Of a stretch of DNA of 20,000 nt, positions 1 through 10,215 are shown piece after piece. The notes under the pieces are model-generated. The model saw only the letters and a list, made by a program, of their open reading frames with translations. It was not told the DNA's origin and made no database searches. This DNA is from Chiloscyllium plagiosum (Eukaryota), in contig NC_057719.1 of the NCBI RefSeq assembly GCF_004010195.1, positions 13,107,078-13,127,077 on the forward strand. Direction: 5' to 3'. The position numbers and the translations under genes are program-made. Numbering within the stretch: the stretch's first letter is position 1; every line of letters begins with the position of its first letter.

Positions 1-105
1 TGGTACCTAAGATGGCCCCCTAAGTGATAACTTGTAAATGTTTCACTGAACGCATGTGAGTACATGTGACAACAAAGTGAATTCAATTCACTTTTATTCA
101 CTTCA
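1..105 (+). mobile_element. 3' end of a non-LTR-type element, related to the tail at 14784-14955
   Basis: CCTAAGAT...GAGTACATGTGACAACAAA followed by an (AATTC)n-like tail parallels CCTAAGAT...GAGTATTCGTGACAGTAAA + (CTAATT)n at 14858-14955. Confidence 0.5.
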
Positions 106-359
106 ATTAAATCCATGCCCCGGTCATTGAAGGGAAAAGTGTCTTCCTGTCGACACTATATACACCCCTCATAATTTTATACATCTCATCATGACCCCTC
201 TGCTTTGAGGAAAACAACTACAGTCTGTGCAATCTCTCTCAATAACTGAAACTCTCCAGGCCAGGCAGTATCCTGGTAAATCTCTTCTCCACCCTCTCCA
301 GTGCAGAAATGTCCCCCCATGATGTGGATTCTTGAACTGCACACCATGCTGCAGCTGTG

Positions 360-499
360 CTGAAGTGGATACTGCAGATGTTGGGGATTAGAGCCAAGAT
401 TGGAGTGGTGCTGGAAAAGCACAGCAGGTCAGGCAGCATCCAAGGAGCAGGAAAAGCGACGTTTCGGGCAAAAACCCTTCATCAGGAATGAGGCCATTC
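360..499 (-). mobile_element. Short Penelope-derived terminal (pLTR-like) insert with hammerhead motif
   Basis: Flanked by an 11-bp near-perfect duplication CTGCAGCTGTG (349-359) / CTGTAGCTGTG (500-510). Highly similar to 19805-19922 and, inverted, to 18980-19050. Confidence 0.8.
453..490 (-). ncRNA. Minimal type-I hammerhead ribozyme motif
   Basis: Minus strand reads CATTC-CTGATGA-A-GGGTTTTTGCCC-GAAAC-GTC-GCTTT: intact CUGANGA/GAAA core, GGG/CCC stem II, palindromic ACGT helix III, GUC site. Stem I is weak. Confidence 0.7.
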
Positions 500-2569
500 C
501 TGTAGCTGTGGCCTAACCAACATTTTATACAGTTTCAGCATGTCCTCCCTGCTCTTAAACTCTCTGCCTTGACTAGTAGAGACGAGTATACCATATGCCT
601 TCTTAACTGCTTCATCTGTCTGCCCTGTTACCTTAAAGGACTGGTGTACATACACACCAAGCTCCATCTGATCCTTGGCACTTCCCTGGGTTCTACTATT
701 CATCACATCTTCCTTGTTTTTCTACATAATTGAAACATGGTTGTCATTTTTTTATTCCCAGCCCCAATCCATCTTGAGATTTCTTCTGTAAAACATACTG
801 CATTCGTCAAATTTGTAAAGAAGTTAGAAAATTGTTTCAACTGCAATCTAACAGAATTTGTAATGATATTCAACTTATCCCCACACAGCTTGTTCCATTC
901 AATATACCTACAATAAACTTAATATTTACGAAATGCATTCTACGTCAGCTATACAGACTGATGGTGAAAACGATTTAAATTATATGACATGCCCTAACCC
1001 CACTTTAGATAATGAAGGACTTGCCCTTACTGGTTAAATACAAGTCTCATTTATATTATGGTAATTGAAGGTCTATTATTTATTATGCGCTTTTAAGTGA
1101 CAAGAGATCTCACCTGATCTGCTGCAATTGACAATGGAGCTGTTATTTATGATGTACAACCCTATTGTCTGAGGGATCCCATTATTTAAAATATAATCCA
1201 TTAAAGTGCACTGCAAATATTGTCATTTTGCCAGGCTTTCCCCATAACTTTCCACAGTGAGAGAGATATTCCTCAACAATCTCAAATATGTTCACAGGCT
1301 GTTTTCACCGGAAGCTGTGACTGGGCTGCTTAAACAGTATTATAATGAGTTGAACAACGATAGGCGAGAGAGAAAAGTGGTAATGAATAATTATGCTAAT
1401 TTCTTGAAATAAAATGTGTTGTCGTTACTCAGTAGGCTAAACTGATGAATAATTAATCTATCTATAATGTCTTTGGTGAGCATTTAAATTAGACAAATAG
1501 AGCACATATCTGGATGATTGAAATTCAGAGTGACAGTAGTCTCTGGGCAGTATTGAGGAGCAGCTGCCAATGTTTCATAGGCTTTTTTTTGAAGCAGAAA
1601 ACTAGATTTCTTCTTGATAAGGTAACGAGAGCCACTTCCCTCTCCTCGGTTTCCTGCATACAACCAGGCTAGGAAATAATGCACCTGATCTCCAGTTCCA
1701 TGCAGAATTTCAAATTGAGGAGGAACCCCTGGCAACAATAATGCTTCCTTCAACTTCCTGTTGGCTTCTTGTTGATACGGCGATGGGGAGTTTGGGGATC
1801 TCATTGTCTTCTTCCTTTGCCCAAATGTTCCCCTGTTTTAATGTAAGTGATGGCCCATGCTGAAGAAGATATGAACAAAATGGAGTCCATTAAACACACT
1901 GCACCATTCACCAATATCACCATTAACTCATGTGATATCATAGACTTTATAACTTAATAATTGTTCATGGATCGAATGAATCAACAAAAAGATAAACTGT
2001 TACACACGGAAAGAAGTGACAATAACTCTGTCTGGAATAAACTGTTAAGGGACTAAGATAAGCTGTTAGATACAGATTGAAAACAATTAGCCATGTCTTG
2101 GAAATGAAGAAATTGAGATTACATAAACTGCCCTGTCATCTGCTTGATAACTGGCTGCTTTATTGCTATAAGGACAAGGATTGTATTTAAAGAGTTAATC
2201 ACATGAAAGCTGTGTTTTCAACAGACACTTACAGCCAAATGTAACAAGGAACAGGAAAGCTACTTCTGATAAGGAAGTAAGTTGCAGTCTCAAGGGATCC
2301 AGAAGAGTGATCAATATGTTGGATGAAAGGACTCTAAAGAATCATCAATCCTACCACATCTTGGACCTGAAGGATGAGAATCTGTATAAGAATCGGAAAG
2401 TATAACTCCCCTTCAGCAGAACTCTTGTGAACAACCTTGCATAAGGATTGGACCCTGGACACATCCAGAGACAGACACTGTTGGTGGAATTGTAGCTAAA
2501 TTCCATCATTAATTGGGTAATAGCCAAGTTGTGTTGTGAGGTTTAACTTTCTTACTTGAGAGATCTTAT

Positions 2570-4735
2570 TCCTGATAAGTGAAAAAAGGGAGTTAGGTTG
2601 GAAGCTAAAAGGCAGGATGAGCCGAATAGTAGTCTCAGGATTGCTACCAGTGCCATGGGCTAGTGAGGCTAGGAACAGAGAGCTAGTGTAGCTGACCACA
2701 TGGTTGCAGAGATTGTGTAGGAAGGAGGGCTTCAGACATATGGATCATTGGGATACCTTCTGGGGAAGGTGGGACTGTACAAAGAGGACGGGTTGCACCT
2801 GAACTGGAGGGACACTAATACCCTGGGTGGGAGGTTTGAGAGGGCTCTTCAAGAGAGCTTAAACTAGTTTGGCAGGGCTACAGATCAGAAGATGGAGTAG
2901 CTGGTGAACGGGCAGATACAATGTGCGTGAGTCTGAAGGATAGACAGTGATAATGCAAAGTTGCAGTCAGTGTGGATGGATTGAAGCGTGTCTATTTTAA
3001 TGCAAGAAGTTTCAGAAACAAGGGTGATGAACTTATAGCATGGAATCAGTACTTGGAACTACAATGTTGTGGCCATTACCGAGACTTGGATATCACAGGG
3101 GCTGGAATGGTTTTTGGATGTTCCAGGGTTTAGATGTTTCAAACGGAATAGGGAGGGAGGTAAATGAGGTGAAGGAGTGGCATTGCTGATCAGGGATAGT
3201 ATCACAGCTGCAGAGAGGGGGGTTGTCGAGGAGGGTTTGTCTACAGAATCAGTATGGTTGGAAGTCAGAAACAGGAAAGGAAAAGTCACTTTATTGGGAG
3301 TTTTCTAGAGACCCTCCAATAGCAACAGAGACATGAAGGAGCAGATTGGGAGGCAGAGTTTGGAAAGGTGTAGCAGTAACAAGGTTGTTGTCATGGGTGA
3401 CTTCAACTTCCCTAATAATGATTGGAACCTCCTAAGTGCAAATAGTTTGGATGGAGCAGATTTTTTCAGGTATGTCCAGGAAGAATTCCTGACTCAATAT
3501 GTAGGTAGGCTGACTAGAGGGGAGGCCATATTGGATTTGGTGCTTGGCAACGAACCAACTCAGGTGTCAGATCTCTCATTGGGAGACCATTTCGATGATA
3601 GCGATCGTGACTCCCTGACCTTTACTATAGTCATGGAAAGGGACAGGAGCAGATCATATGGGGAAATATTTAACTCAGGAAGGGGGAATTACAATGCTAT
3701 TTTATGCTGTGGAGCATAAAATGGGAGCAGATATTCTCAGGGAAATGCATGACAGAAATGTAGAGGTTGTTTAGGGACTACTTGCTGCGAGTGCTGGATA
3801 GGTTTGTGTCACTGAGACAAAGAAGGAATGGTAGGGTGAAGGAATCTTGGATGACAGGAGATGTGGAACATCTAGTGAAGAGAAAGAAGGGAGCTTACTT
3901 AAGGTTGAGGAGGCAAGGATCAGACAGGGCTCTAGAGGGTTCCAAGATAGCTAGGAACCAACGAAAGTATGGATATAGGAGAGTTACAAGGAGGCATGAT
4001 AAAGCCATGGTGAGTAGGATTAAGGAAAATTCCAAGGCATTCTACATTTATGTGAGGAACAAGAGGATGGCCAGCGTGAGAGTAGGGCTGATCAGGGATA
4101 GTGGAGGGAACTTGTGCTGGAATCGGAGGAGTTGGGGAAGTCCTTAATGAATACTTTGCTTCAGTATTCACTACTGAGAGGGACATTGTTGTTTGTGAGG
4201 ACAGCATGAAACAGGTGACGTGTTAGAATAGGTGGATGTTAGGAAGGAGGATGTGCTGGAAATTTTGAAAAATATGAGGATAGATAAGTCCTCTGGGCCA
4301 ATCGAGATATACCTAAGATTACTGCGGGAAGTGAAAGAAGAGATTGCTACGCCTTTGGCAATGATCTTTGCATCCCCACTGTCCACTGGAATAGTATGAG
4401 ATGATTGGTGTGTGTCAAATGTTATTCCCTTGTTCAAGAAAGGGAAGAGGGATATTCCTGGGAATTACAGACCAGTCAGTCTTACATTGTTGGTGGGCAA
4501 ATTACTGGAAAGGATTTGGAGAGATAGGATTTATGATTATTTGGAAAAGCATAGTTTGACTGGACATAGTCAGCATGGCTTTGTGAAGGGCCGGTCATGC
4601 CTCACAAGCCTTACTGAATTCTTTGAAGATGTGACTCTTGGATAGGCACATGGATGATAGTAAAATGAAGGGTATGTTGCTTAGTTTGATCTTAGAGTAG
4701 GATAAAAGTTCAGCACAACATTGAGGGCCGAAGGG
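2570..4735 (+). mobile_element. CR1-clade LINE, 5'-truncated and internally deleted (ORF1 esterase end, ORF2 APE endonuclease and RT start, 3' UTR)
   Basis: ORF1: RIVVSGLLPVPWASEARNR...EGFRHMDHWDTFWGR...DGLHLN. ORF2: VYFNARS, VAITETW, VVMGDFNFP, AILDLVLGNE, NVIPLFKKG..PGNYRPVSLT, SQHGFVKGRSCLT. Many stops and frameshifts. Jumps at ~4633 directly into CR1 3'-end sequence. Confidence 0.95.
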
Positions 4736-4889
4736 TTAAAGTCAACTCACAACACTCATCCATCTCAACTTTAAATCCCTGCCTTGGTTCCCTTGCTTTA
4801 GGTTCCTTACCTGTTGCCTACTGCCTGGGATGTGGTCACAAATGGGCACGTGTTTGAATTGTTGTCATTGATAATTAGTACTGGCCAGC

Positions 4890-4938
4890 CCCTGGACCCG
4901 CAATGTTAACTCTGCTTTCCCTCCACAGATGCTGCCAG
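4890..4938 (+). mobile_element. PLE-derived short element, part 1 (continues at 5466-5488 and 6414-6450)
   Basis: GGACCCGCAATGTTAACTCTGCTTTCCCTCCACAGATGCTGCCAG looks like a decayed GAAACGTT hammerhead-family tail. The GATGCTGCC motif is shared with the other PLE pieces. Confidence 0.6.
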
Positions 4939-5076
4939 GCTTTCTGGCTGTGTTTGGTCTGCTTGTCGTGGTTTGTTCTTGAGGAATCTGCGCACTGTGT
5001 TTTTTGAGTATCCGTTCTTCTTGAATACGTCGTATAGGTGGTTCTCCTCTGTTTTTCGAAGTTCGTCTGTGCTGCA
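4936..5076 (-). mobile_element. Penelope-like element ORF fragment (RT thumb/linker), inverted
   Basis: CSTDELRKTEENHLYDVFKKNGYSKNTVRRFL matches the CS...E..L..NGY motif of PLE RT C-termini. Confidence 0.85.
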
Positions 5077-5465
5077 GGATACACGAACACCAGCTAGCCA
5101 CAAAAAGACACGACCCTCTCTCCCTCGTAGCCCTACACAAAGATGAAAAAACCCACCATTTCGACTGGGACAACACATTTATCTAAGCAAAGACATGCCA
5201 GAGAATTCCTAGAGGCCTGGCACTCCAACCACAACGCCATAAACAAGCACATAGATCTAGATGCCATTTATCAACCTCTCAGAAAATGAACAGGAAATGA
5301 CATCACCACAAACCCCAGGAACCACATCCAGGAGAAAGATATAAATAGAAAGCAGGAGACAACAGCTTTACTTCACTTGGAGGTCGCCACTGATGATGTT
5401 ACCTAGCCAGGTAATGAAACGTCTGGATATCAAACCTACAGCTCAGCGAGCAAACCTACACCCTA
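5076..5465 (+). mobile_element. Penelope-like element 3' end: GIY-YIG endonuclease C-terminus and UTR with hammerhead
   Basis: RIHEHQLATKRHDPLSLVALHKDEKTHHFDWDNT, a small deletion, then RHAREFLEAWHSNHNAINKHIDLDAIYQPLRK*. Confidence 0.9.
5387..5426 (+). ncRNA. Minimal type-I hammerhead ribozyme motif
   Basis: CCA-CTGATGA-T-GTTACCT-AGCC-AGGTAAT-GAAAC-GTC-TGG: 3-bp stem I (CCA/TGG), 7-bp stem II, intact core, ACGT palindromic helix III. Confidence 0.85.
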
Positions 5466-5488
5466 ATGTTTGTTTTTGTTTCAGATTT

Positions 5489-6413
5489 GACCTGGAAGAG
5501 GGCACTGTTGATATGATCAGCAAGATGTCATGAAGATTGGTGGAGTAACAGAAAGCATAGGGGACTGTCAAAGAATACAGGAGAATACAGATAGATTGGA
5601 GAGTTGGGCGGAGAAGTGGTGGATGGAGTTCAATCCGGGCAAATGTGAGGTGATGCATTTTGGGAAGTTTAATTCTAGAGTGAATTATACAGTAAACGGA
5701 ACAGCCTTGGGAAAACTTGATGAGCAGAGTCATCTGGGAGTTCAGGTTGCTACACAGGTGGATAGAGTGGTCAAGAAGGCATATGGTATGCTTGCCTTCA
5801 TTGGACGGGATATTGAGTATAAGAGCTGGCAGGTCATGTTAAAATTGTATAAGACATTGGTTCGGCTGCATTTAGAATACTGTGTACAGTTCTGGTAGCA
5901 TATTACCAAAAGGATGTGGACATTTTGGAGAGGGAGCAGAGGATGTTGCCTGGTATGGAAGGTGCTAGCTATGAAGAGAGGTTGAGTAGGTTAAATTTGT
6001 TCTCATTAAAAAAAAATGAGATTGAGGGGGAATCTGATTAAGGTTTTCAAAATCATGAAGGGTATAGACAGGGTAGATAGCGATAAGCTTTTTCCCAGGG
6101 TGAGGGGAAAATAACGAGAGGTCACGCTTTCAAAGTGAGAGGTGAAAAGATTAAGGGGGATACACACGGCAAGTACTTTACGCAGAGATGGTGGGTGTCT
6201 GGAATGCGTTGCCAGAAGAGGTGGTAGAGGCGGCATGGTAAATTCATTTAAGATGCGTCTGGTCAGATGCATGAGTAGGTGGGGAGCAGAGGGATACAGA
6301 TGCTTAGGAATTGGGCGACAGGTTTAGACAGTAGATTTGGATTGGCTCAGGCTTGGAGGGCCAAAGGGCTTGTTCCTGGGCTGTAAATTTTCTTTGTTCT
6401 TTGTTCTTGTTCT
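5489..6413 (+). mobile_element. 5'-truncated CR1-clade LINE (RT C-terminus and 3' UTR)
   Basis: KIGG...WAEKWWMEFNPGKCEVMHFG...LKLYKTLVRLHLEYCVQFW; (TTGTTCT)n tail; ATTT on both flanks. Confidence 0.95.
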
Positions 6414-6740
6414 ATTTCCAGCATCTACAGTTCTTAGTTTCATTTCAACTATCTATATTGTTAGATGCTGTTAGATCCACAAATCCCCAAATCCGATGGA
6501 GGTGTAGCATAATAGGTTCCTGTTGTTTTCGAGAATGTCAACAGATTTGAAGAATTGCAACATGGCAGCATTCAGCAGTAAAACAAAAGATTTATGTTCT
6601 CTGATGTTTTTGGAGAACAGATGATCATCAGTGTCCACATTTACCCAAACGTTTGTGTTATCACTAGTTATTCTAACTTTCCCTATGAAGGCCATTCTAT
6701 ACCCAGGATCCATTCTCATCCAATTAGCACTGTGTACCAC

Positions 6741-6912
6741 GAGGTCAAAACATTGAACGTTTTCAAGAAAGAATTAGACATAGTCTTCAGGACCAAGGGG
6801 ATCAAAGAGTATGGGGAGAAAGCAGGAACAGGGTATTGAGTTGGATCAAATACAATGGGGGAGAACACTTAAAGGGCCGAATGGCCTAATCCTGCCCTAT
6901 TTTCTGTGTTTC
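6741..6912 (+). mobile_element. CR1 3'-terminal fragment
   Basis: TLNVFKKELD..KGIKEYGEKAG followed by the AAGGGCCGAATGGCCTAATCCTG terminal motif. Confidence 0.8.
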
Positions 6913-7372
6913 AATTACCCCACATTTGTATGTTACTATTTATCTCCTCACTGACTGCATTCAGCAGATGTTCAGTCAATGCAACTTCCAACAAGTATGT
7001 TGAGAGTTATTTAATGTGAGAGGCGTGAGGCTTCATAAGATGGCTACATTTTAAACTGTTTCCTTTAATTCAATGTAAAATGGAGTAGTGTGACTGTCCT
7101 GTAGTTCTACCCAAAAATAATGGTGTGTGCCTTGGCTGCCACTGGGGGAATGGGGAGCAGGGTAAATCCTGATTGCAACTCTCATGCCAGCTTTCATGCC
7201 AAATGCAAATAAGTAACAGCTGGCTTTGCTACCGTCTCATAACAATGCAGTACAACCCTGAATCACTTTGGGATATATCGAACTCCTAATTACAACACAC
7301 ATTCTTTTTTGAAAAAAAGGACATACAGACATGAGATAACTGTGAATGTAACTTCAGCGGCTGTCTGGAGAC

Positions 7373-7440
7373 AGAGAGAAAGAGAGAGAGAGAGAGAAAA
7401 AGAGAGAGAGAAAGAGAGAGAGAGAAAGAGAGAGAAAGAA

Positions 7441-7473
<33 letters not shown>

Positions 7474-7482
7474 AAGAGAGAG
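7373..7482 (+). repeat. Interrupted (GA)n polypurine microsatellite
   Basis: About 110 bp of A/G only, GA runs punctuated by AAA. Confidence 0.97.
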
Positions 7483-7636
7483 ATGCCAGCTAGACAACAA
7501 GCCAATAAAACAGAAACACAATGGATTTCAACTCGTCTGCAATGTCAAGAAACTTGAAATTGACTGTTTAACTATCAGTGCGCCACTACCTACTCTTCAT
7601 GAAAGACTGGAGAATGATCCATATATAGAGTCATAG

Positions 7637-7955
7637 AGCATGGTAGCGCAGTGGTTAGCACTGCTGTCTCACAGCGCCAGGGAGCTGGGTTCAATTCCCG
7701 CCTCAGGCAACTGTCTGTGTGGAGTTTGCACATTCTCCCCGTGTCTGTGTGGGTTTCCTCTGGGTGCTCCGGTTTCCTCCCACAGTCCAAAAATGTGCAA
7801 GTTAGGTGAATTGGCCATGCTAAATTGCCTGCAGTGTTAGGTGAAAGGGTAAATGTAGGGGAATGGGTCTGGGTGGGTTGCTCTCCGGAGGGTCGGTGTG
7901 GACTTGTTGGGCCGAAGGGCCTGTTTCCACACTGTAAGTAATCCAATCTAATCCA
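7637..7955 (+). mobile_element. HE1-type tRNA-derived V-SINE, near full length
   Basis: A box TGGTAGCGCAGTGG, B box GGTTCAATTCC, V-domain GTGTGGAGTTTGCACATTCTCCCCGTGTC...CCCACAGTCCAAA, CR1-like 3' end GGGCCGAAGGGCCTGTTTCC, (AATCT/C)n tail. Confidence 0.92.
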
Positions 7956-7968
7956 AACAAATGCTATG

Positions 7969-8286
7969 GTTCAACTCATCCGTGCTGACCAGACTTCCCA
8001 ATCTGACTTTGGCCCATATTCCTTTAAACCCTTCCCATTCATACACACATCCAGATGCCTTTTGAATGTAAACACACCAGCCTCCCCCACTTCCTCTGGC
8101 AGCTCATTCCACACGGACCACTGTCTGCATGAAAAAGTTACCCCTCAGGTCCTGTTTAAATTTTTCCTTCTCACCTTAAACCTCTGCCCTGTAGCTTTGG
8201 ACTCCCCCACCCGATAAAAATGACCTTGTTTGTTCATCCGACCTTTTGCCCCTCATGTTTTTTAGAAACCTCTGTCAGGTGACCTC
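7969..8286 (-). mobile_element. CR1 3' fragment; its tail (TAGAGTCATAGAG, ~7626-7638) is separated from it by the SINE
   Basis: Reverse complement aligns by eye to 14395-14730. Confidence 0.85.
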
Positions 8287-8772
8287 TTTTCCACTAGTTA
8301 TGTTGGCTTCCCCTTTAAGGCTCGCTCATTTATTGTGCGTCACTGGCTTGATGCAGATGGCTGTCATGTCTTAATCACTGCAGAATGATCTCTGCTCCAT
8401 GAAATTCTCCGAAATCTTCGACTAGCCAAATTGGTGCAATCATGAGGCTTGATTGATACATGGGCTGAGTTAATAAGCATGTACTGTGGTAGAGAGGCTT
8501 GGATCTCATCAGGCTGCAACTCACTCCTCTCCTTTATGCAAAAAAAAGGAGCGTTCTTGACAAATTACAGACCTGTCAAAGCTCTCTACTAGAGATGAAA
8601 ACAAAATAACATAAACTGGGGTTTAACACAAAAAGAAATGTAACATAAACTGCCTGGAATGTGTCAGTAATTGCGACTAAAAGGTAAATATTCTGATTCT
8701 GGGCAATTCTGATGGAGGGCTGATGCATGTCTTGTCAACACGTTTTTTTTAATGTAAGAATGATTACCCGAG

Positions 8773-9153
8773 ATAGAATCACAGAGTTCAAAGAGGCCAT
8801 TTGGCCCATCATGTCTGTGCTAACATTTTTTTGGCATAGGCTGCTTCTTCCTCGTTTCCATGCAACCTTGTTCCCCTTCAAGTAATTACCATTCTGTTTT
8901 TGGGCAGTGTATTCCAGATTTTAACAAGTCTCTGCTTCGATAAAATGAACATTTTCTCGTGTCGCCTTTGTCACCTTAGCAATCGTAAATCTGAGGAGTC
9001 TTGTTAATGTCCCTCCCAGATCAGGGAATAATAGTTTCTCCATACTTTGTCTGTCAAAACAGATAATGAACACATCTATCAAACCTCCTTTTAATCTCTG
9101 CTGTTTGAAGGAGACCAGTCCCAGCTTCTCCAGTCAGTCCAATAACTGAAGTC
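8773..9153 (-). mobile_element. Old, diverged CR1 3' fragment
   Basis: GAGGCCATTTGGCCCATC terminal motif and ACATCTATCAAACCTCC...AAGGAGACCAGTCCCAGCTTCTCCAG match CR1 3' motifs in reverse. Confidence 0.65.
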
Positions 9154-9279
9154 TTATTTGATTACCAATTTAAGAGAATCAGTCAAGCTTGTAACCTTGC
9201 TCATTAATGCTTGATAGCAACGATATACGCTCATAAGCAGTGACATGTTCATATAAAGCAGGAGGAGGACGTGCAAAGA

Positions 9280-9358
9280 AGAAACAAAATAGGAGATCTG
9301 GCATGGAAAAAATGCTGAAGAAACTCAGCAGGTCTGGCAGCACTTGTAGAAAGAGAGC
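9280..9358 (-). mobile_element. PLE-derived short element piece (resumes ~9972-10010 after a CR1 insertion)
   Basis: TGCTGAAGAAACTCAGCAGGTCTGGCAGCA is similar to the GCTGGAAAAGCACAGCAGGTCAGGCAGCA family motif. Confidence 0.6.
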
Positions 9359-9973
9359 TGCTTGCCTTCATTGCTCAGTTCTTTGAGTAGAGGAGTTGGG
9401 ATGTCAAGTTGAGGTTATACAGGACATTGGTGAGACCTCTTCTGGAATACTGCATCCAGTTTTGTTCACCCTGTTATAAGAAAGATGCTATTCAGCTGGA
9501 GCGAGTTCAGAAGAGATTTACCAGGATGTTGCCAGTATGGAATGTTTCGGTTATAAGGAAAGACTAGATAAACTGGGACTTTATTCACTGGGGCACAAAG
9601 AAGTTGAGAAGTGACCTTAAAGAGGTTTAGAAAATCATGAGGGGTACAGATAGGGTTAATGTTCAGTGTCTTTTTTCCTCGGATGGGGGAATTCTTAAAA
9701 TGAGAGGAGAGTGATTTAAAAAAGAATGAGGGGCAAATGTTTCACACAGAGGGTGGTTGGCGTGTGGAATGAACTTCCTGAGGAAGTGGTGGGCGTGGGT
9801 CCAATTACAATGTTTAGAAGACATTTGGAGAAATATATGAATAGGAAGGGTTTGAAGGCATATGAGCCAGGAGCAGGCAGGTTGGACTAGGTTAGTTTGA
9901 GATTATGTTCAGCATGGTTTGGTTGGACCAAAGTGTCTGTTTCCCTGCTGTATATCTCCTCCAGGATTCTATG
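9359..9973 (+). mobile_element. 5'-truncated CR1 LINE
   Basis: LYRTLVRPLLEYCIQF...LERVQKRFTRMLP; 3' UTR similar to 14640-14770. Confidence 0.93.
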
Positions 9974-10049
9974 TTTTGAGTCTGGTGTGACTTTTTTTTT
10001 CAAAACTGAAAGAATGTGATTTTTAAAAAATTACTTGGGAGCTTGGGGT

Positions 10050-10215
10050 GCCTGTGGTTCCCTGTTGCTACCCCCATGGCAATCCTTGGCTGATTGGAAT
10101 TGACTTGTCATTCATCATCCCTTTTTCTCCTGTCATTTAAATTGTCGTGACTGTTATTTGTCATTGAGTGCGTTTGTGCTGATGAATACAACAAGAGAAG
10201 TTTTGGGAAAGTGCC
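10050..10215 (+). mobile_element. Decayed PLE-like terminal fragment with hammerhead remnant
   Basis: TTTGTGCTGATGAATACAA at 10173-10191 after a GATTGG...CCCTTTTTCTCCTGT..TAAATTGT segment. The GAAA half is degenerate; assignment is from recalled similarity. Confidence 0.4.

Larger units (their letters stand above)
108..706 (-). mobile_element. CR1-clade LINE ORF2 3' fragment (decayed), split by an insert at 360-499
   Basis: Minus-strand translation gives CR1 C-terminal motifs: VKKAYGIL...EFKSREDMLKLYKMLVRPQL, then DISALERVEKRFTRILPGLESFSY. The pieces are collinear across the insert. Confidence 0.9.

Noticed and set aside
3333..4645. Functional endonuclease/RT gene
   Set aside because: Multiple stops, frameshifts and a deleted RT core; this is a dead LINE copy.
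7290..7557. RE-rich and LS-rich ORFs
   Set aside because: Translation of the (GA)n microsatellite.
7637..7710. tRNA gene
   Set aside because: The A/B boxes belong to a SINE head that continues into the V-domain; no complete cloverleaf is evident.
8705..8745. CTGATGGAGGG possible hammerhead
   Set aside because: The core is mismatched and no GAAA or stem II partner follows.
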